A DNA stretch of 32,000 nucleotides from Candidatus Heimdallarchaeota archaeon (GCA_030668875.1 DAOVER010000025.1:1-32000); one strand, 5' to 3'; numbered from the stretch's first letter, positions 1-9,065 are shown. Made by a program: numbers and translations. The notes: generated by a model from the letters alone, not told the origin.

Positions 1-222
1 CATCCCGAAACTTGTGGTAAAGTCGAGCGTCTCCATGGTACAATCATCAGGGAGATGAAGAGGCTAGGATTAACTTACTGTAACGCTGACCTCCGTCGTT
101 ATCGTGACTATTACAACTTCTCCCGCCCTCATCAAGGAATAAACCTTCAAACTCCTGGTGAAAGGTTTATGAATGTGCCCTTGACTCTCTCTATACCCTC
201 AAGTGTAACCCATGTCTGTTGA
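1..222 (+). CDS. IS481-family (rve integrase core) transposase, C-terminal part, 5' truncated by window edge
   Basis: Not in the ORF track. Frame 1 reads HPETCGKVERLHGTIIREMK...YRDYYNFSRPHQGINLQTPGERF...THVC*. This matches the P.TNGKVER.H.T and YN..RPH..L...TP.E.F signature of IS481/IS3-type DDE transposases. Stop TGA at 220-222. Confidence 0.85.
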   Translation, partial: HPETCGKVERLHGTIIREMKRLGLTYCNADLRRYRDYYNFSRPHQGINLQTPGERFMNVPLTLSIPSSVTHVC

Positions 223-229
223 GTTAACA
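1..229 (+). mobile_element. Right end of an IS481-family insertion sequence; putative terminal inverted repeat at about 203-229
   Basis: The transposase stop lies inside gtgtaacccatgtctgttgagttaaca, whose reverse complement starts TGT, the IS481-type terminus. The sequence becomes AT-rich directly after 229. The left end is outside the window. Confidence 0.7.
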
Positions 230-244
230 ATAGTTCTAGAAAGA

Positions 245-258
245 GCAAAACCTTTATA
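245..258 (+). promoter_or_regulatory. Archaeal BRE/TATA promoter for the 287 gene
   Basis: gcaaaacc-TTTATA (253-258), ending 29 nt before the ATG at 287. Confidence 0.55.
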
Positions 259-286
259 CAAGAATTAGCAAATTTCTTTGATTTAA

Positions 287-1429
287 ATGAAAGTTTTCAA
301 TCTAGAAAGTAAACCTGGAGAGAAGGTTTTTGGGTATATTGACATGTTTGAATATCCGCATGGAACTATAGAGAAACTCCCTGTAGCGCTAATCGAGGGA
401 TTAGAAGATGGTCCTAAATTTCTTTTAAGTGGTAATATCCATGGTGATGAACTTCATGGACTTGTAACTTTGCAAGAAGTCATTCAAGAACTAGACCCAA
501 ATAAAATAAGAGGAACAATCATCATTTTCCCAACTCTCAATCCTGGAGGATTATTAACACAAACAAGAACACCATTCTATGCACAAAAGGATCCAAACAG
601 ATTATGGCCAGATCCTAAACCCAAGAAGAAACCTAAACTCAAATATCACGACCCTTATGATGAAAATCTAGATGAAGATAATTTTCCTAACATTCAAGAG
701 GTTTTTTACACTAAGTTGTATGAGATATTTACCTCTGTTGACTACTATATTGATCTGCATTGCCATGCTATTCAGTCTGTCCCATATTCCTATATTGATC
801 GTATATATTACGACGAGAAAAAAGAGGGGGACGAGATTCTTGCACAAGAAGTTTTTGATAAAACTAAATCTTTAGTTGAGAGTTTTGGTTTTACTATAGT
901 TCTTGAATGTCCACCTAAGTCTTATTTTGGAGAAAAATTGCACCGCTCTACAACAGGAAGTTTCTCAAACAAACTAAGAAAACCAGGTTTTACAGTTGAA
1001 TTAGGTGGAGCAAGAATTGTTGATACTAATATTATAAAAGCTGCTAAAACTGGTGTTTATAACACTCTTAAATGGGCTAAAATGTTAGAAGGAGAAATTG
1101 AAAAAATTACGAATATCAAAATTCTCGAAGAGGAGCTATGGCGCGAGATAAATATTAGATCTAAACATTCTGGTTTCTTTGTCACAGTGGTGGATATAGG
1201 CGAAATAGTAGAAAAAGGTCACCCTATAATCGAAATTAGAGATGTATTTGGAAAAGTAAAAGAAACGATAATAGCTCAAGAAAGAGGAGCAATTTTAGCA
1301 GTCTGGGATGATGTTAAGTGCTATCCCAATAGCGAGATTGGTGTTTTCCTAATTAAAAATGACATAGATACAATTATGCCTTGGGAATATGAGGAAAAAG
1401 AAGAGAAAAAGGAAGAGAAAAAAGAATAG
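287..1429 (+). CDS. Succinylglutamate desuccinylase/aspartoacylase family (M14-like) zinc hydrolase
   Basis: GNIHGDE (H52, E55), NR (104-105), DLH (H158), VELGG; C-terminal barrel-sandwich hybrid-like domain. Confidence 0.85.
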   Translation: MKVFNLESKPGEKVFGYIDMFEYPHGTIEKLPVALIEGLEDGPKFLLSGNIHGDELHGLVTLQEVIQELDPNKIRGTIIIFPTLNPGGLLTQTRTPFYAQKDPNRLWPDPKPKKKPKLKYHDPYDENLDEDNFPNIQEVFYTKLYEIFTSVDYYIDLHCHAIQSVPYSYIDRIYYDEKKEGDEILAQEVFDKTKSLVESFGFTIVLECPPKSYFGEKLHRSTTGSFSNKLRKPGFTVELGGARIVDTNIIKAAKTGVYNTLKWAKMLEGEIEKITNIKILEEELWREINIRSKHSGFFVTVVDIGEIVEKGHPIIEIRDVFGKVKETIIAQERGAILAVWDDVKCYPNSEIGVFLIKNDIDTIMPWEYEEKEEKKEEKKE

Positions 1430-1435
1430 GATATT

Positions 1436-2116
1436 TCAATCCTCTTCTAAATCCAATATGGCAATTTCCATCTCAGGAAGTTGTTGCTTGAAATCTTCAA
1501 TGAATGATAGTTCACCAATTCCTCTACCAATGTGCATGGGTATAGTTACTTGAGCTTGTATTTCTTTTGCTGCTTCAACAGCTTCAGTAACATCCATAAC
1601 ATAAGTACCTGAAATAGGGATTAGGGCAATGTGAGGTTTCAGATTCTTCATTTCAACAATCTTATCCGTATCTCCAGCATGGTAAATGATAATTCCACCT
1701 ATATCCAAAATAGGACCGATATGTCCCTCTTCTTTTGGATGAAAAGGAGTCTTTGTTTGAGGATCTCGGAATCGATGGAAGTTATAAGCAGGTATAGCAG
1801 ATATTTTGATGTCAGAAACCTTGACTGTACCACCAGGGTTGAGTTCTAGTACTTCTTTTTTACTATTTATTTCAGTAGTAAGTTTTTCTTGGCAAATCTT
1901 TGGACCTATTAAAATAGTGTCTTTATTTGAAATCATATTGATAGCTTCAACATTGAGATGGTCATAATGGTCATGAGTTGTAATAATAATGTCAGCTTTA
2001 GGAAGTGAAGATTTCTCCAATCTATAGGGATCAATGTAGATGTTCAAACCTTTTGCTTCTAGCCAAAATGCGTCGTGACCTAACCAATGAATAATGATTC
2101 CTTCGTATTCGTACAT
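1436..2116 (-). CDS. MBL-fold metallo-hydrolase (UPF0173/UlaG-like)
   Basis: WLGH, IDPY, THDHYDH, YHAGDT, IPMH. ATG at 2116 is preferred over the track's TTG at 2125 because TTTATATA (2145-2152, minus strand) lies 29 nt upstream. Confidence 0.85.
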   Translation of the reverse strand: MYEYEGIIIHWLGHDAFWLEAKGLNIYIDPYRLEKSSLPKADIIITTHDHYDHLNVEAINMISNKDTILIGPKICQEKLTTEINSKKEVLELNPGGTVKVSDIKISAIPAYNFHRFRDPQTKTPFHPKEEGHIGPILDIGGIIIYHAGDTDKIVEMKNLKPHIALIPISGTYVMDVTEAVEAAKEIQAQVTIPMHIGRGIGELSFIEDFKQQLPEMEIAILDLEED

Positions 2117-2164
2117 AGTAATCAAAGAAAAAAATAAATCTTCATATATAAAGATTTTATCTGG

Positions 2165-3502
2165 TTAGTAAATTCTCTTATCCCCAACAAAAACAAAAAT
2201 TTCAGCTGAGTCGATGTAAGACTTAAGCTTTGTTCCTACTTTTATTTTAGCATATTCTTCAGCTTGTTCAACTACATCAAGAAGGAGGATAGTATCATCT
2301 TTAAGTTTACCAGTCATCTTAACCTCTGTACCAAGATATTCAATAGTGTTAACCTCGATTTCAATGGGACTATCAGATTTAGTGGTTAAATTAACATTTT
2401 CTGGACGAATGACAAGAGAAACTTCTTCACCAATAGGAATATCGGTTTTAACTTTAAGATTGATAAGTTCACCACCAGCTAATTGAACAGTATTAGGTTT
2501 GATAATTTTGCCTACTAGAGTACTGGAAACGCCAATAAATTGACCAACAAAAAGTGTGTGAGGGTCAGTGAATACTTCAGTAGGAGTGCCATATTGCTCG
2601 ATGAAACCGATATTAAAGACAGCGATGCGATCGCTGATAGCTAAGGCTTCAGTCTGGTCATGAGTGACATAAACAGTGGTCATGCCGATGCTCTTGATAA
2701 TGGAGCGAATTTCAGTACGAAGCTCTTTACGGAGTTTAGCATCGAGATTACTTAAGGGTTCATCACATAATAACACATCTGGTTCGACTACTAACGACCT
2801 GCTCAAAGCTATCCTCTGTTGCTGCCCCCCACTTAGCTGTGTAGGATTTTTGAATGCTTGATCTTCTAGATGTACTAACCTCAGCGCTTCAAACACTTTC
2901 TCTCTTCTATATGTCCATTTTGGATCAATTTTTTCTTTTTTCTCACGAACATAATGGTCAATTCCTTTTGATAGTGCTTTTAACCATCTGAATCCAATAA
3001 ATGTGTACCACTTTAGCCCTGTGAATACTCCTCCATTTTTTGAACAATATTCTTCTTTAGCTTCTTCCAGATATTCAATTGTTTTATTATGAGTTTTGCC
3101 TAAGAAGAAGTAGTATGGTTTTGTAACCCATAGAAATCTACTATACCATGGACTTTTCAACGCGGCTAACTCTTCATTTTCTCTTAACTTCAGACCATAC
3201 TCAACATTCTTGAAAATTGTCAGATGTGGCCAAAGAGCATAGTTTTGGAAAATCATTGCTGTGTTTCGCTTCTGAGGAGGTAGAAGAGTAACATTATCAT
3301 CACCTATGAACACATTACCTTCAAAAGGTTCCACAAAGCCTGCTAAAGCTCGCAAAACGGTTGTTTTTCCACACCCTGATGGACCAAGGAGGGTTGTAAT
3401 TGTTCCATGTGGGATTTCAAGATTGAAGTTCTCTACAACTATAAAATCACCGTACGCTACGCCTATATTTTCATATTTAACAGAAACCATATTACTCAAC
3501 AC
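2165..3502 (-). CDS. ABC importer ATP-binding subunit (PotA/MalK-like, C-terminal TOBE) with large helical-domain insertion
   Basis: GPSGCGKT, FQNYALWPH, LSGGQQQR, LLCDEPLSNLD, VTHD; TOBE-like C-terminus. Alternative ATG start at 3490. Confidence 0.9.
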   Translation of the reverse strand: MLSNMVSVKYENIGVAYGDFIVVENFNLEIPHGTITTLLGPSGCGKTTVLRALAGFVEPFEGNVFIGDDNVTLLPPQKRNTAMIFQNYALWPHLTIFKNVEYGLKLRENEELAALKSPWYSRFLWVTKPYYFFLGKTHNKTIEYLEEAKEEYCSKNGGVFTGLKWYTFIGFRWLKALSKGIDHYVREKKEKIDPKWTYRREKVFEALRLVHLEDQAFKNPTQLSGGQQQRIALSRSLVVEPDVLLCDEPLSNLDAKLRKELRTEIRSIIKSIGMTTVYVTHDQTEALAISDRIAVFNIGFIEQYGTPTEVFTDPHTLFVGQFIGVSSTLVGKIIKPNTVQLAGGELINLKVKTDIPIGEEVSLVIRPENVNLTTKSDSPIEIEVNTIEYLGTEVKMTGKLKDDTILLLDVVEQAEEYAKIKVGTKLKSYIDSAEIFVFVGDKRIY

Positions 3503-3610
3503 TTCAAGACTTAAGTCTCGGTTATAGACTCAAATATAAAAGTTTTTGCTGAAACTACCATTTTATTTCTTATCGTAATACTTTATAGAAAGACTAACTA
3601 AGTCTAGGGT

Positions 3611-4573
3611 ATGAAAGAGCTTGGAGACAATCTCTACCTTATTGAAGGTAATCACTACAAATTGCGCAGAGGTTTGGGTGCTCCTAATTCTTTAATTGTT
3701 AAGGATGACAAAGAGTTCATTGTAATTGATCCTGGTGTTACTACATATCAACTTAAGAAATTCAAGAAATTAGAAAAAGCTGGTTATCTCACGTTAAACA
3801 AGATCAGTAAAATTTTTCTATCGCATCACCACTGGGATCATTCACTTCTTGCAAGCTATTTTCAAAAAAGATTTGGTTCAAAGATTTATTGTCATCCATT
3901 GGAAAAAGAAGGAGTTGAAGATGGTAACATAATTTATAATCTCTATTGGGAGAGTTTTGAAATTTTAGAGAGAGAGATTAAACCATTCCCAGATTGGGGT
4001 ATAAAGCTTGTACTCTGGTTCATGTGGGGAAATTATGAGCCAATGAAAGTTAATGAAATTTTTATGGAAGGTGACCTACTCTCAGCTAATGAAAAAATTC
4101 AAGTTGTTGAACTACCTGGCCATTCACCAGGAATGGTAGGGTTTTATTTTCCTGAGTCTAGGGTATTTTATCTTAGTGATTTATTTGATACTGAATTTGG
4201 AATAGCAATGGACATGAATAATCCTTTCTCAAATTATGATTGTGCTTTAAATTCTCTTCATAAGATTCTTAACTTTGATGTAGATGTACTAATTCCTGGA
4301 CACGGAGAGGCTATTTATGGAAGAGATTATTGCATGATTTATACAAATAAAAAAATCGAAGAAGCTATTGAAATTAGAGATAAATTACTCAATTTATTAG
4401 GGCAGAAGAAGTGGAAATTCATTGAGATAGTCAAGGCGATTATTCCAAAACCATTTGATGTCACAAAAATTTACCTTGCCAGACATTTTATTTATGTTCT
4501 TCTAGTAGATATATGGAAAAAAGAGGGTTTGAAAATCGAAAAGCGAGGAAGAAGAAATTTAGTTTATCGATAA
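3611..4573 (+). CDS. MBL-fold metallo-hydrolase (glyoxalase II/LACTB2-like) with probable C-terminal winged helix
   Basis: IDPG, SHHHWDH, PGHSPG, SDL, PGHG. Confidence 0.8.
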   Translation: MKELGDNLYLIEGNHYKLRRGLGAPNSLIVKDDKEFIVIDPGVTTYQLKKFKKLEKAGYLTLNKISKIFLSHHHWDHSLLASYFQKRFGSKIYCHPLEKEGVEDGNIIYNLYWESFEILEREIKPFPDWGIKLVLWFMWGNYEPMKVNEIFMEGDLLSANEKIQVVELPGHSPGMVGFYFPESRVFYLSDLFDTEFGIAMDMNNPFSNYDCALNSLHKILNFDVDVLIPGHGEAIYGRDYCMIYTNKKIEEAIEIRDKLLNLLGQKKWKFIEIVKAIIPKPFDVTKIYLARHFIYVLLVDIWKKEGLKIEKRGRRNLVYR

Positions 4574-4639
4574 TTCATATATAGAAGAGTAAGAATTAAA
4601 AAGCTTAATATTTTTTGTGTGTTTAGATAAGGTGTCTTT

Positions 4640-5875
4640 ATGGTAAAAAGAAATCCTACACAATTTTTGAAAGATGAATATCAAAAAATTCAAGCAGAAG
4701 GTAGAGAATGGGTTCACAGAAGTTTAGAAACACCATCTGAAACACAGGTTGTCGTTGATGGACAGGAACTACTCATGCTTTGTTCAAACAATTATTTGAA
4801 TTTGAGCAACCACCCTCATTTGAAAAAGAAAGCAATAGAAGCAGCAGAGAAACTTGGTGCTGGGTCTGGATCCGTTCGTGCAATCGCAGGGAATATGGCG
4901 ATACACGAAGAGTGGGAAAGAAGACATGCTGATTTCAAAGAACAAGAAGCAGCAATGGTCTGGATGAGTGGTTTCATAGCAAATGAAGGTGCTATACCAA
5001 CTTTAGTTCGAAAGGATGATTATATTCTAAGTGACATGTTAAATCACGGGTCAATAATCGATGGTGTTAGACTTACAAAAACACAAAGAAAGCTTTACGA
5101 ACACTGTGATATGGGCAGTCTAGAAGAACAACTTAAACTAATTGATTCTGAAGATCCAAACGGTGAAAAGAGAATTCTACTTATCACGGATGGTGTATTT
5201 TCAATGGATGGGGATATGGCTCCATTAGATGAAATTGAAAAATTAGCTTCTGAATATGGAACGATGATTTACGTAGACGACGCTCATGGTGACGGTGTTC
5301 TTGGAAGTGATAAAAAAGGCAAAGGAATTGTTGATCATTTTGGTTTACAAGGCAAGGTTCAAGTCGAGATGAACACTTACAGTAAGGCAATGGGCGTAAT
5401 TGGAGGTTCTATTACTGGCTCTCAAGATTTAGTTAATTTCCTCCGAAATACAGGTAGATCTTATCTCCTCAGCGGTTCTCCACCCCCAGCCATAGCAGGT
5501 GCAGGAATTGGTGCTTTAGAAGTACTAGATCCTAAATCTAAATATTTTGAACCCGTTGTTGAAAAACTTCTAGATAATTGTAGTTACTTTAAGAGTAAAA
5601 TCGTTGACTTAGGTTTCGGACACGAAATAACTGCAGCTTCTGCTAAATGTCCAACTGCTATTGTTCCTATCATCTGTGGAGAAAACGACGTTGCAAAGAA
5701 TTTAAGTGATCGATTGATGGAAGAAGGTATCTTTGCTTTACCAATAGTCTTTCCGATGGTTCCAAAAGGAACAGCTAGAATCAGAGTCATGATGAACGCT
5801 GGTCTCACTAAAGAGAACTTAGATTTTGCTTTAATGAAGTTCGAAGATCTTGGAAGAGAGTTAAAAATCTTCTAG
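4640..5875 (+). CDS. kbl: Glycine C-acetyltransferase / 8-amino-7-oxononanoate synthase family (PLP alpha-oxoamine synthase), most like Kbl
   Basis: SNNYL, GAGSGSVRAIAG, SDMLNHGSIIDG, TDGVFSMDGD, DDAHG, TYSKAMG (PLP lysine), ARIR. Confidence 0.75.
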   Translation: MVKRNPTQFLKDEYQKIQAEGREWVHRSLETPSETQVVVDGQELLMLCSNNYLNLSNHPHLKKKAIEAAEKLGAGSGSVRAIAGNMAIHEEWERRHADFKEQEAAMVWMSGFIANEGAIPTLVRKDDYILSDMLNHGSIIDGVRLTKTQRKLYEHCDMGSLEEQLKLIDSEDPNGEKRILLITDGVFSMDGDMAPLDEIEKLASEYGTMIYVDDAHGDGVLGSDKKGKGIVDHFGLQGKVQVEMNTYSKAMGVIGGSITGSQDLVNFLRNTGRSYLLSGSPPPAIAGAGIGALEVLDPKSKYFEPVVEKLLDNCSYFKSKIVDLGFGHEITAASAKCPTAIVPIICGENDVAKNLSDRLMEEGIFALPIVFPMVPKGTARIRVMMNAGLTKENLDFALMKFEDLGRELKIF

Positions 5876-5905
5876 TTCTCCTTTTTTTCTATTTGTTTTT
5901 CTTTA
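5876..5905 (+). terminator. Oligo-T tract, probable archaeal intrinsic terminator
   Basis: ttctcctttttttctatttgtttttcttt directly after the kbl stop codon. Confidence 0.45.
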
Positions 5906-6026
5906 TGAGAAAATATTGGTTTCTTCTTTCAATTTTTCTCAAGCTCGCCTTATTCTAGTTTCCTCAAACATATATTATATATAATGAAAAAACTAGTAAC
6001 ATATAACCTTAAACGGGGGTTTAAAC

Positions 6027-7535
6027 ATGAAAAAAAGGATTATTACAATTGGACTTTTAATTTTATTAAGTTATAGTATAATCGGTTTTGGTTTACAACA
6101 AGTAACTGCAGAAGAGTATCCCCCTGCTTTATCTCTTATAGCTCCCCACAAAGCAAGCATCTTTCTTGATGCTTCAAATAGCGAATGGGATGATTATTAT
6201 CAAGGCTATATTGATGTAACAGAATTTTCAGATGTTTCTTCTGCTTCTACAGAAGCTGTTGATATCATAAGCGTAACTATTAACTTTGCACATAACTCAA
6301 CTCACCTTCATGTGTATGCGTTTATTCCTGAAGACTATGGAATTGTTAACGGACTCCTCTTACATTTCTTTGGGAAACCAGGTATGGAAGATGGAATTCA
6401 AATGGACGCAGTATATGATACAGTATTAGATGTAGCATGGGCAGACGAAGGTGTATATGAACCACCCAAACCTGATGAATTCTTAGGAGGAACTCAGGAT
6501 GCTAAAGCAAAAACCTTCAGACACATAGGAGTTGGAACATATTTTGAAGGAACTAAATTAATCAATTCTGGAGACTCTTTAGGTAAAGATATTGCTTTAG
6601 GATGGGGACAAGCCATAGCCGTTGAAGTCTTAGTTTGGGTTGGAACTCAACCAGATGTAGAAGGACCAAATTGGGGTTCTATCAATCAAGATGGTTTCAG
6701 ATATATTCGATTGGATATAGGTGCTAACCAAGGAGATGAACTGGATATCTACGTTCCAGAACCTATGGAAATGAATTATGTAGTTGGTGAAGAATATGAA
6801 GCTGAATATATATCAACTTCTATAACAATTGATGGACAAGATACGGATTCAGTTTGGGCAGATGTTATTGAATATAATCTCTCCATAAGTGGGTATGACT
6901 TCAATACTGGAACATGGTACTCAGAAGATAAATTGGATGGATCACTCAAGGTATTCCATGATGGAACAAATTTCTATGTGCTCTTCAAGATTTATGATGT
7001 AACCATAGATGAACAAGACAACACAATGTTCATGATTGGAAAAACTGAAAATATGTTAAACACTACAGATGGAATAGACTTCGTTTCAGTTAATTCAGAT
7101 GAATATTACGATCAGATGATTATTCCTTCTGATGGTTCTGGACCTAAAAATGATATTGATGTTGGAGGCAGTAATGATGGTGAAGGAAATATAACTTATC
7201 AAGGAAACTATAGATATACAGAATTTTCTAAACCGATGAATCCAAATGATCCAAGTGGCAAGGATTTTGATTTTGCTGCTGGAGATACAATGTTTATATC
7301 ATACCTTATAGCTCAAGATAGTGATACTGGACCAAACTACTTCCATATGAAAGACGCTAATGGTACAGTAGCATTTATTGTAAATCCAGTTAGGTTTCTT
7401 GCTGAAGGTGAAGAACCTACAGGTGGAGATAACCAAAACACTTTTTCTATTGGATTTAGCACTATCGATCTTTTCCTAATCTTAGCTGCATTATCGCCAG
7501 TAGTTCTATTAGTTTATAGAAGAAAGAAGAAGTAA
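6027..7535 (+). CDS. Cell-surface protein with signal peptide, two tandem DOMON/CBM9-like domains and C-terminal membrane anchor
   Basis: MKKR plus a hydrophobic stretch ending VTA. Internal repeat pairs: IFLDA..W / ITIDG..W, AHNSTHLHV / FHDGTNFYV, PKPDEFLGGTQD / PKNDIDVGGSND, YFEGTKLINSGDSLGKD / YTEFSKPMNPNDPSGKD. Ends SIGF, TM helix, RRKKK. Confidence 0.7.
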   Translation: MKKRIITIGLLILLSYSIIGFGLQQVTAEEYPPALSLIAPHKASIFLDASNSEWDDYYQGYIDVTEFSDVSSASTEAVDIISVTINFAHNSTHLHVYAFIPEDYGIVNGLLLHFFGKPGMEDGIQMDAVYDTVLDVAWADEGVYEPPKPDEFLGGTQDAKAKTFRHIGVGTYFEGTKLINSGDSLGKDIALGWGQAIAVEVLVWVGTQPDVEGPNWGSINQDGFRYIRLDIGANQGDELDIYVPEPMEMNYVVGEEYEAEYISTSITIDGQDTDSVWADVIEYNLSISGYDFNTGTWYSEDKLDGSLKVFHDGTNFYVLFKIYDVTIDEQDNTMFMIGKTENMLNTTDGIDFVSVNSDEYYDQMIIPSDGSGPKNDIDVGGSNDGEGNITYQGNYRYTEFSKPMNPNDPSGKDFDFAAGDTMFISYLIAQDSDTGPNYFHMKDANGTVAFIVNPVRFLAEGEEPTGGDNQNTFSIGFSTIDLFLILAALSPVVLLVYRRKKK

Positions 7536-7559
7536 AATTCAATTCTTCTCTTTTTATTT

Positions 7560-9065
7560 TTATTCATCATTAATATCGCTTAGATTGCATATCCAAAGTG
7601 GCCTTCTTTCAATGAAAGTGTACAAATTCTCAGCAAATGTAGAATCTAATTCATAAATTTCTCTTAGTTTTTCATCTATTCCTAGCACTTTCATTTTCTC
7701 TTTGATTTCAACTTTTAGAAAGGAATCAACATTGAGAACAAAGGTGTTTTTCTTTACTAAGCTTTCTAGAAAGTCCCGTATTTTTTGACCCTTTTTACTC
7801 AAATGTACTGCCCATCTTTCATTATCAATAAAAGGTCCAGCTACAACATCAATATGCTTCGAATAGTGTTTCAAGAATTTTAGAGAATCCTTAGAGGTTA
7901 TTTCCGGACCATCCTTTCTAAGCGATAACTGAGGATCGGCATTCATCAAAGAAATCATTAATCCGTAATAATCGTCGGAAACAAATGCGTGAGACCTTTC
8001 AAGGATATAATTATTTGAAAAAATTTCAGAAGCAAATGCAGATTTAATGGATAATGTTTTCTGCCAACAAATTTCAGCTTCTTGAAATTTACGTTTGAGA
8101 ATGAGTATTAGTGTTTCCCTCCCAGTTGAAATGATTTTTCTTACTAAAGTATCAAATGGTGGGATTTCACACACAAGATCCTCAAAGAAATGTAATGTAG
8201 GTTCAAACATGTAGGTATTAGCTGCTGCAATAAGTGACATAAATTGCAACATAGAAACATCAGCTGCGACATTATCTTTAGGATTTAAGGGGTCTTGCAC
8301 GTAAAGAGGATAATAACGACTAAGCATTTCACTTGTTAAAGAATCAACATCCTCAATCTGCACTTTTTTCCTTTTGATATCGATTATGGTTCTAGGTTTC
8401 CAACTACTGATGCCTATAATAGCTTCCCAAAAGGAACCATAGAATACAATTAGTAGCTCACATAGATACCCGTTAAAACCTACAGCACCAATTTCATTCC
8501 GATACACACCTACAGTTTTCATGAACTTCTTAAGCAGCAAAACCTCATTCCTATCTTGTTCTTGCATATGAGTAAGGAGATATTGTGTATGCATTGGGAT
8601 TGAATCAAAAATAGAGATTTGTTTCTCTCCTTGTGATACTTCAAAACCTACAAATAAATTTACGACTTCATCCCCAGCAATAATCCGCAAATGAGGTATT
8701 TTACCTGTCTGTTTTTTCACTTCTAAGAGAGAATTTCTAATCCTATCTTTTTTCAAACGTTTTACAAGTGAATCGAGGATTTGGTGGACTTTTGCTCTTT
8801 CAGCCTGTGGTAATATCAACAAAAGATCATAGACTTCGTCTTCTCCGAGGTAGGTTTTCCTAATAAAGGACCCTTGAACTTCTACTCTTCCTTTGAAACC
8901 TAGAGAAGTAAGATCTAACAGAATTTTTTCTTTAAGAATAGACAAAACTTCTCTGATTTCCTCATGTCTTTCCCATTGAACTTGGATAACTTCAATAACT
9001 TGCTTCTCAATTTTCTTGTGATGTTTGTTATTTTTATAGTCTGAAACAGATGATTTTTCACTCAT
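7560..9065 (-). CDS. cca: Class I (archaeal) tRNA CCA-adding enzyme homologue with apparently degenerate active site
   Basis: QGSFIRKTYL, EVLLLKKFMKTVGVY, GFNGYLCELLIVFYGSF, DPLNPKDNVAA and GP..D..RW are class I CCA family hallmarks. Adjacent to thpR, as is common in archaea. Several key residues are substituted (see findings). Confidence 0.85.
   Translation of the reverse strand: MSEKSSVSDYKNNKHHKKIEKQVIEVIQVQWERHEEIREVLSILKEKILLDLTSLGFKGRVEVQGSFIRKTYLGEDEVYDLLLILPQAERAKVHQILDSLVKRLKKDRIRNSLLEVKKQTGKIPHLRIIAGDEVVNLFVGFEVSQGEKQISIFDSIPMHTQYLLTHMQEQDRNEVLLLKKFMKTVGVYRNEIGAVGFNGYLCELLIVFYGSFWEAIIGISSWKPRTIIDIKRKKVQIEDVDSLTSEMLSRYYPLYVQDPLNPKDNVAADVSMLQFMSLIAAANTYMFEPTLHFFEDLVCEIPPFDTLVRKIISTGRETLILILKRKFQEAEICWQKTLSIKSAFASEIFSNNYILERSHAFVSDDYYGLMISLMNADPQLSLRKDGPEITSKDSLKFLKHYSKHIDVVAGPFIDNERWAVHLSKKGQKIRDFLESLVKKNTFVLNVDSFLKVEIKEKMKVLGIDEKLREIYELDSTFAENLYTFIERRPLWICNLSDINDE

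Noticed and set aside
1390-1426. gaagagaaaaa-type short tandem repeat
   Set aside because: Encodes the Glu/Lys low-complexity tail; not a CRISPR array or regulatory repeat.
4640-5875. Serine palmitoyltransferase (sphingolipid-type eukaryotic signature)
   Set aside because: Same fold, but GAGSGSVRAIAG and the soluble N-terminus fit Kbl/BioF-like enzymes. There is no TM segment or second subunit, and specificity cannot be settled without phylogeny.
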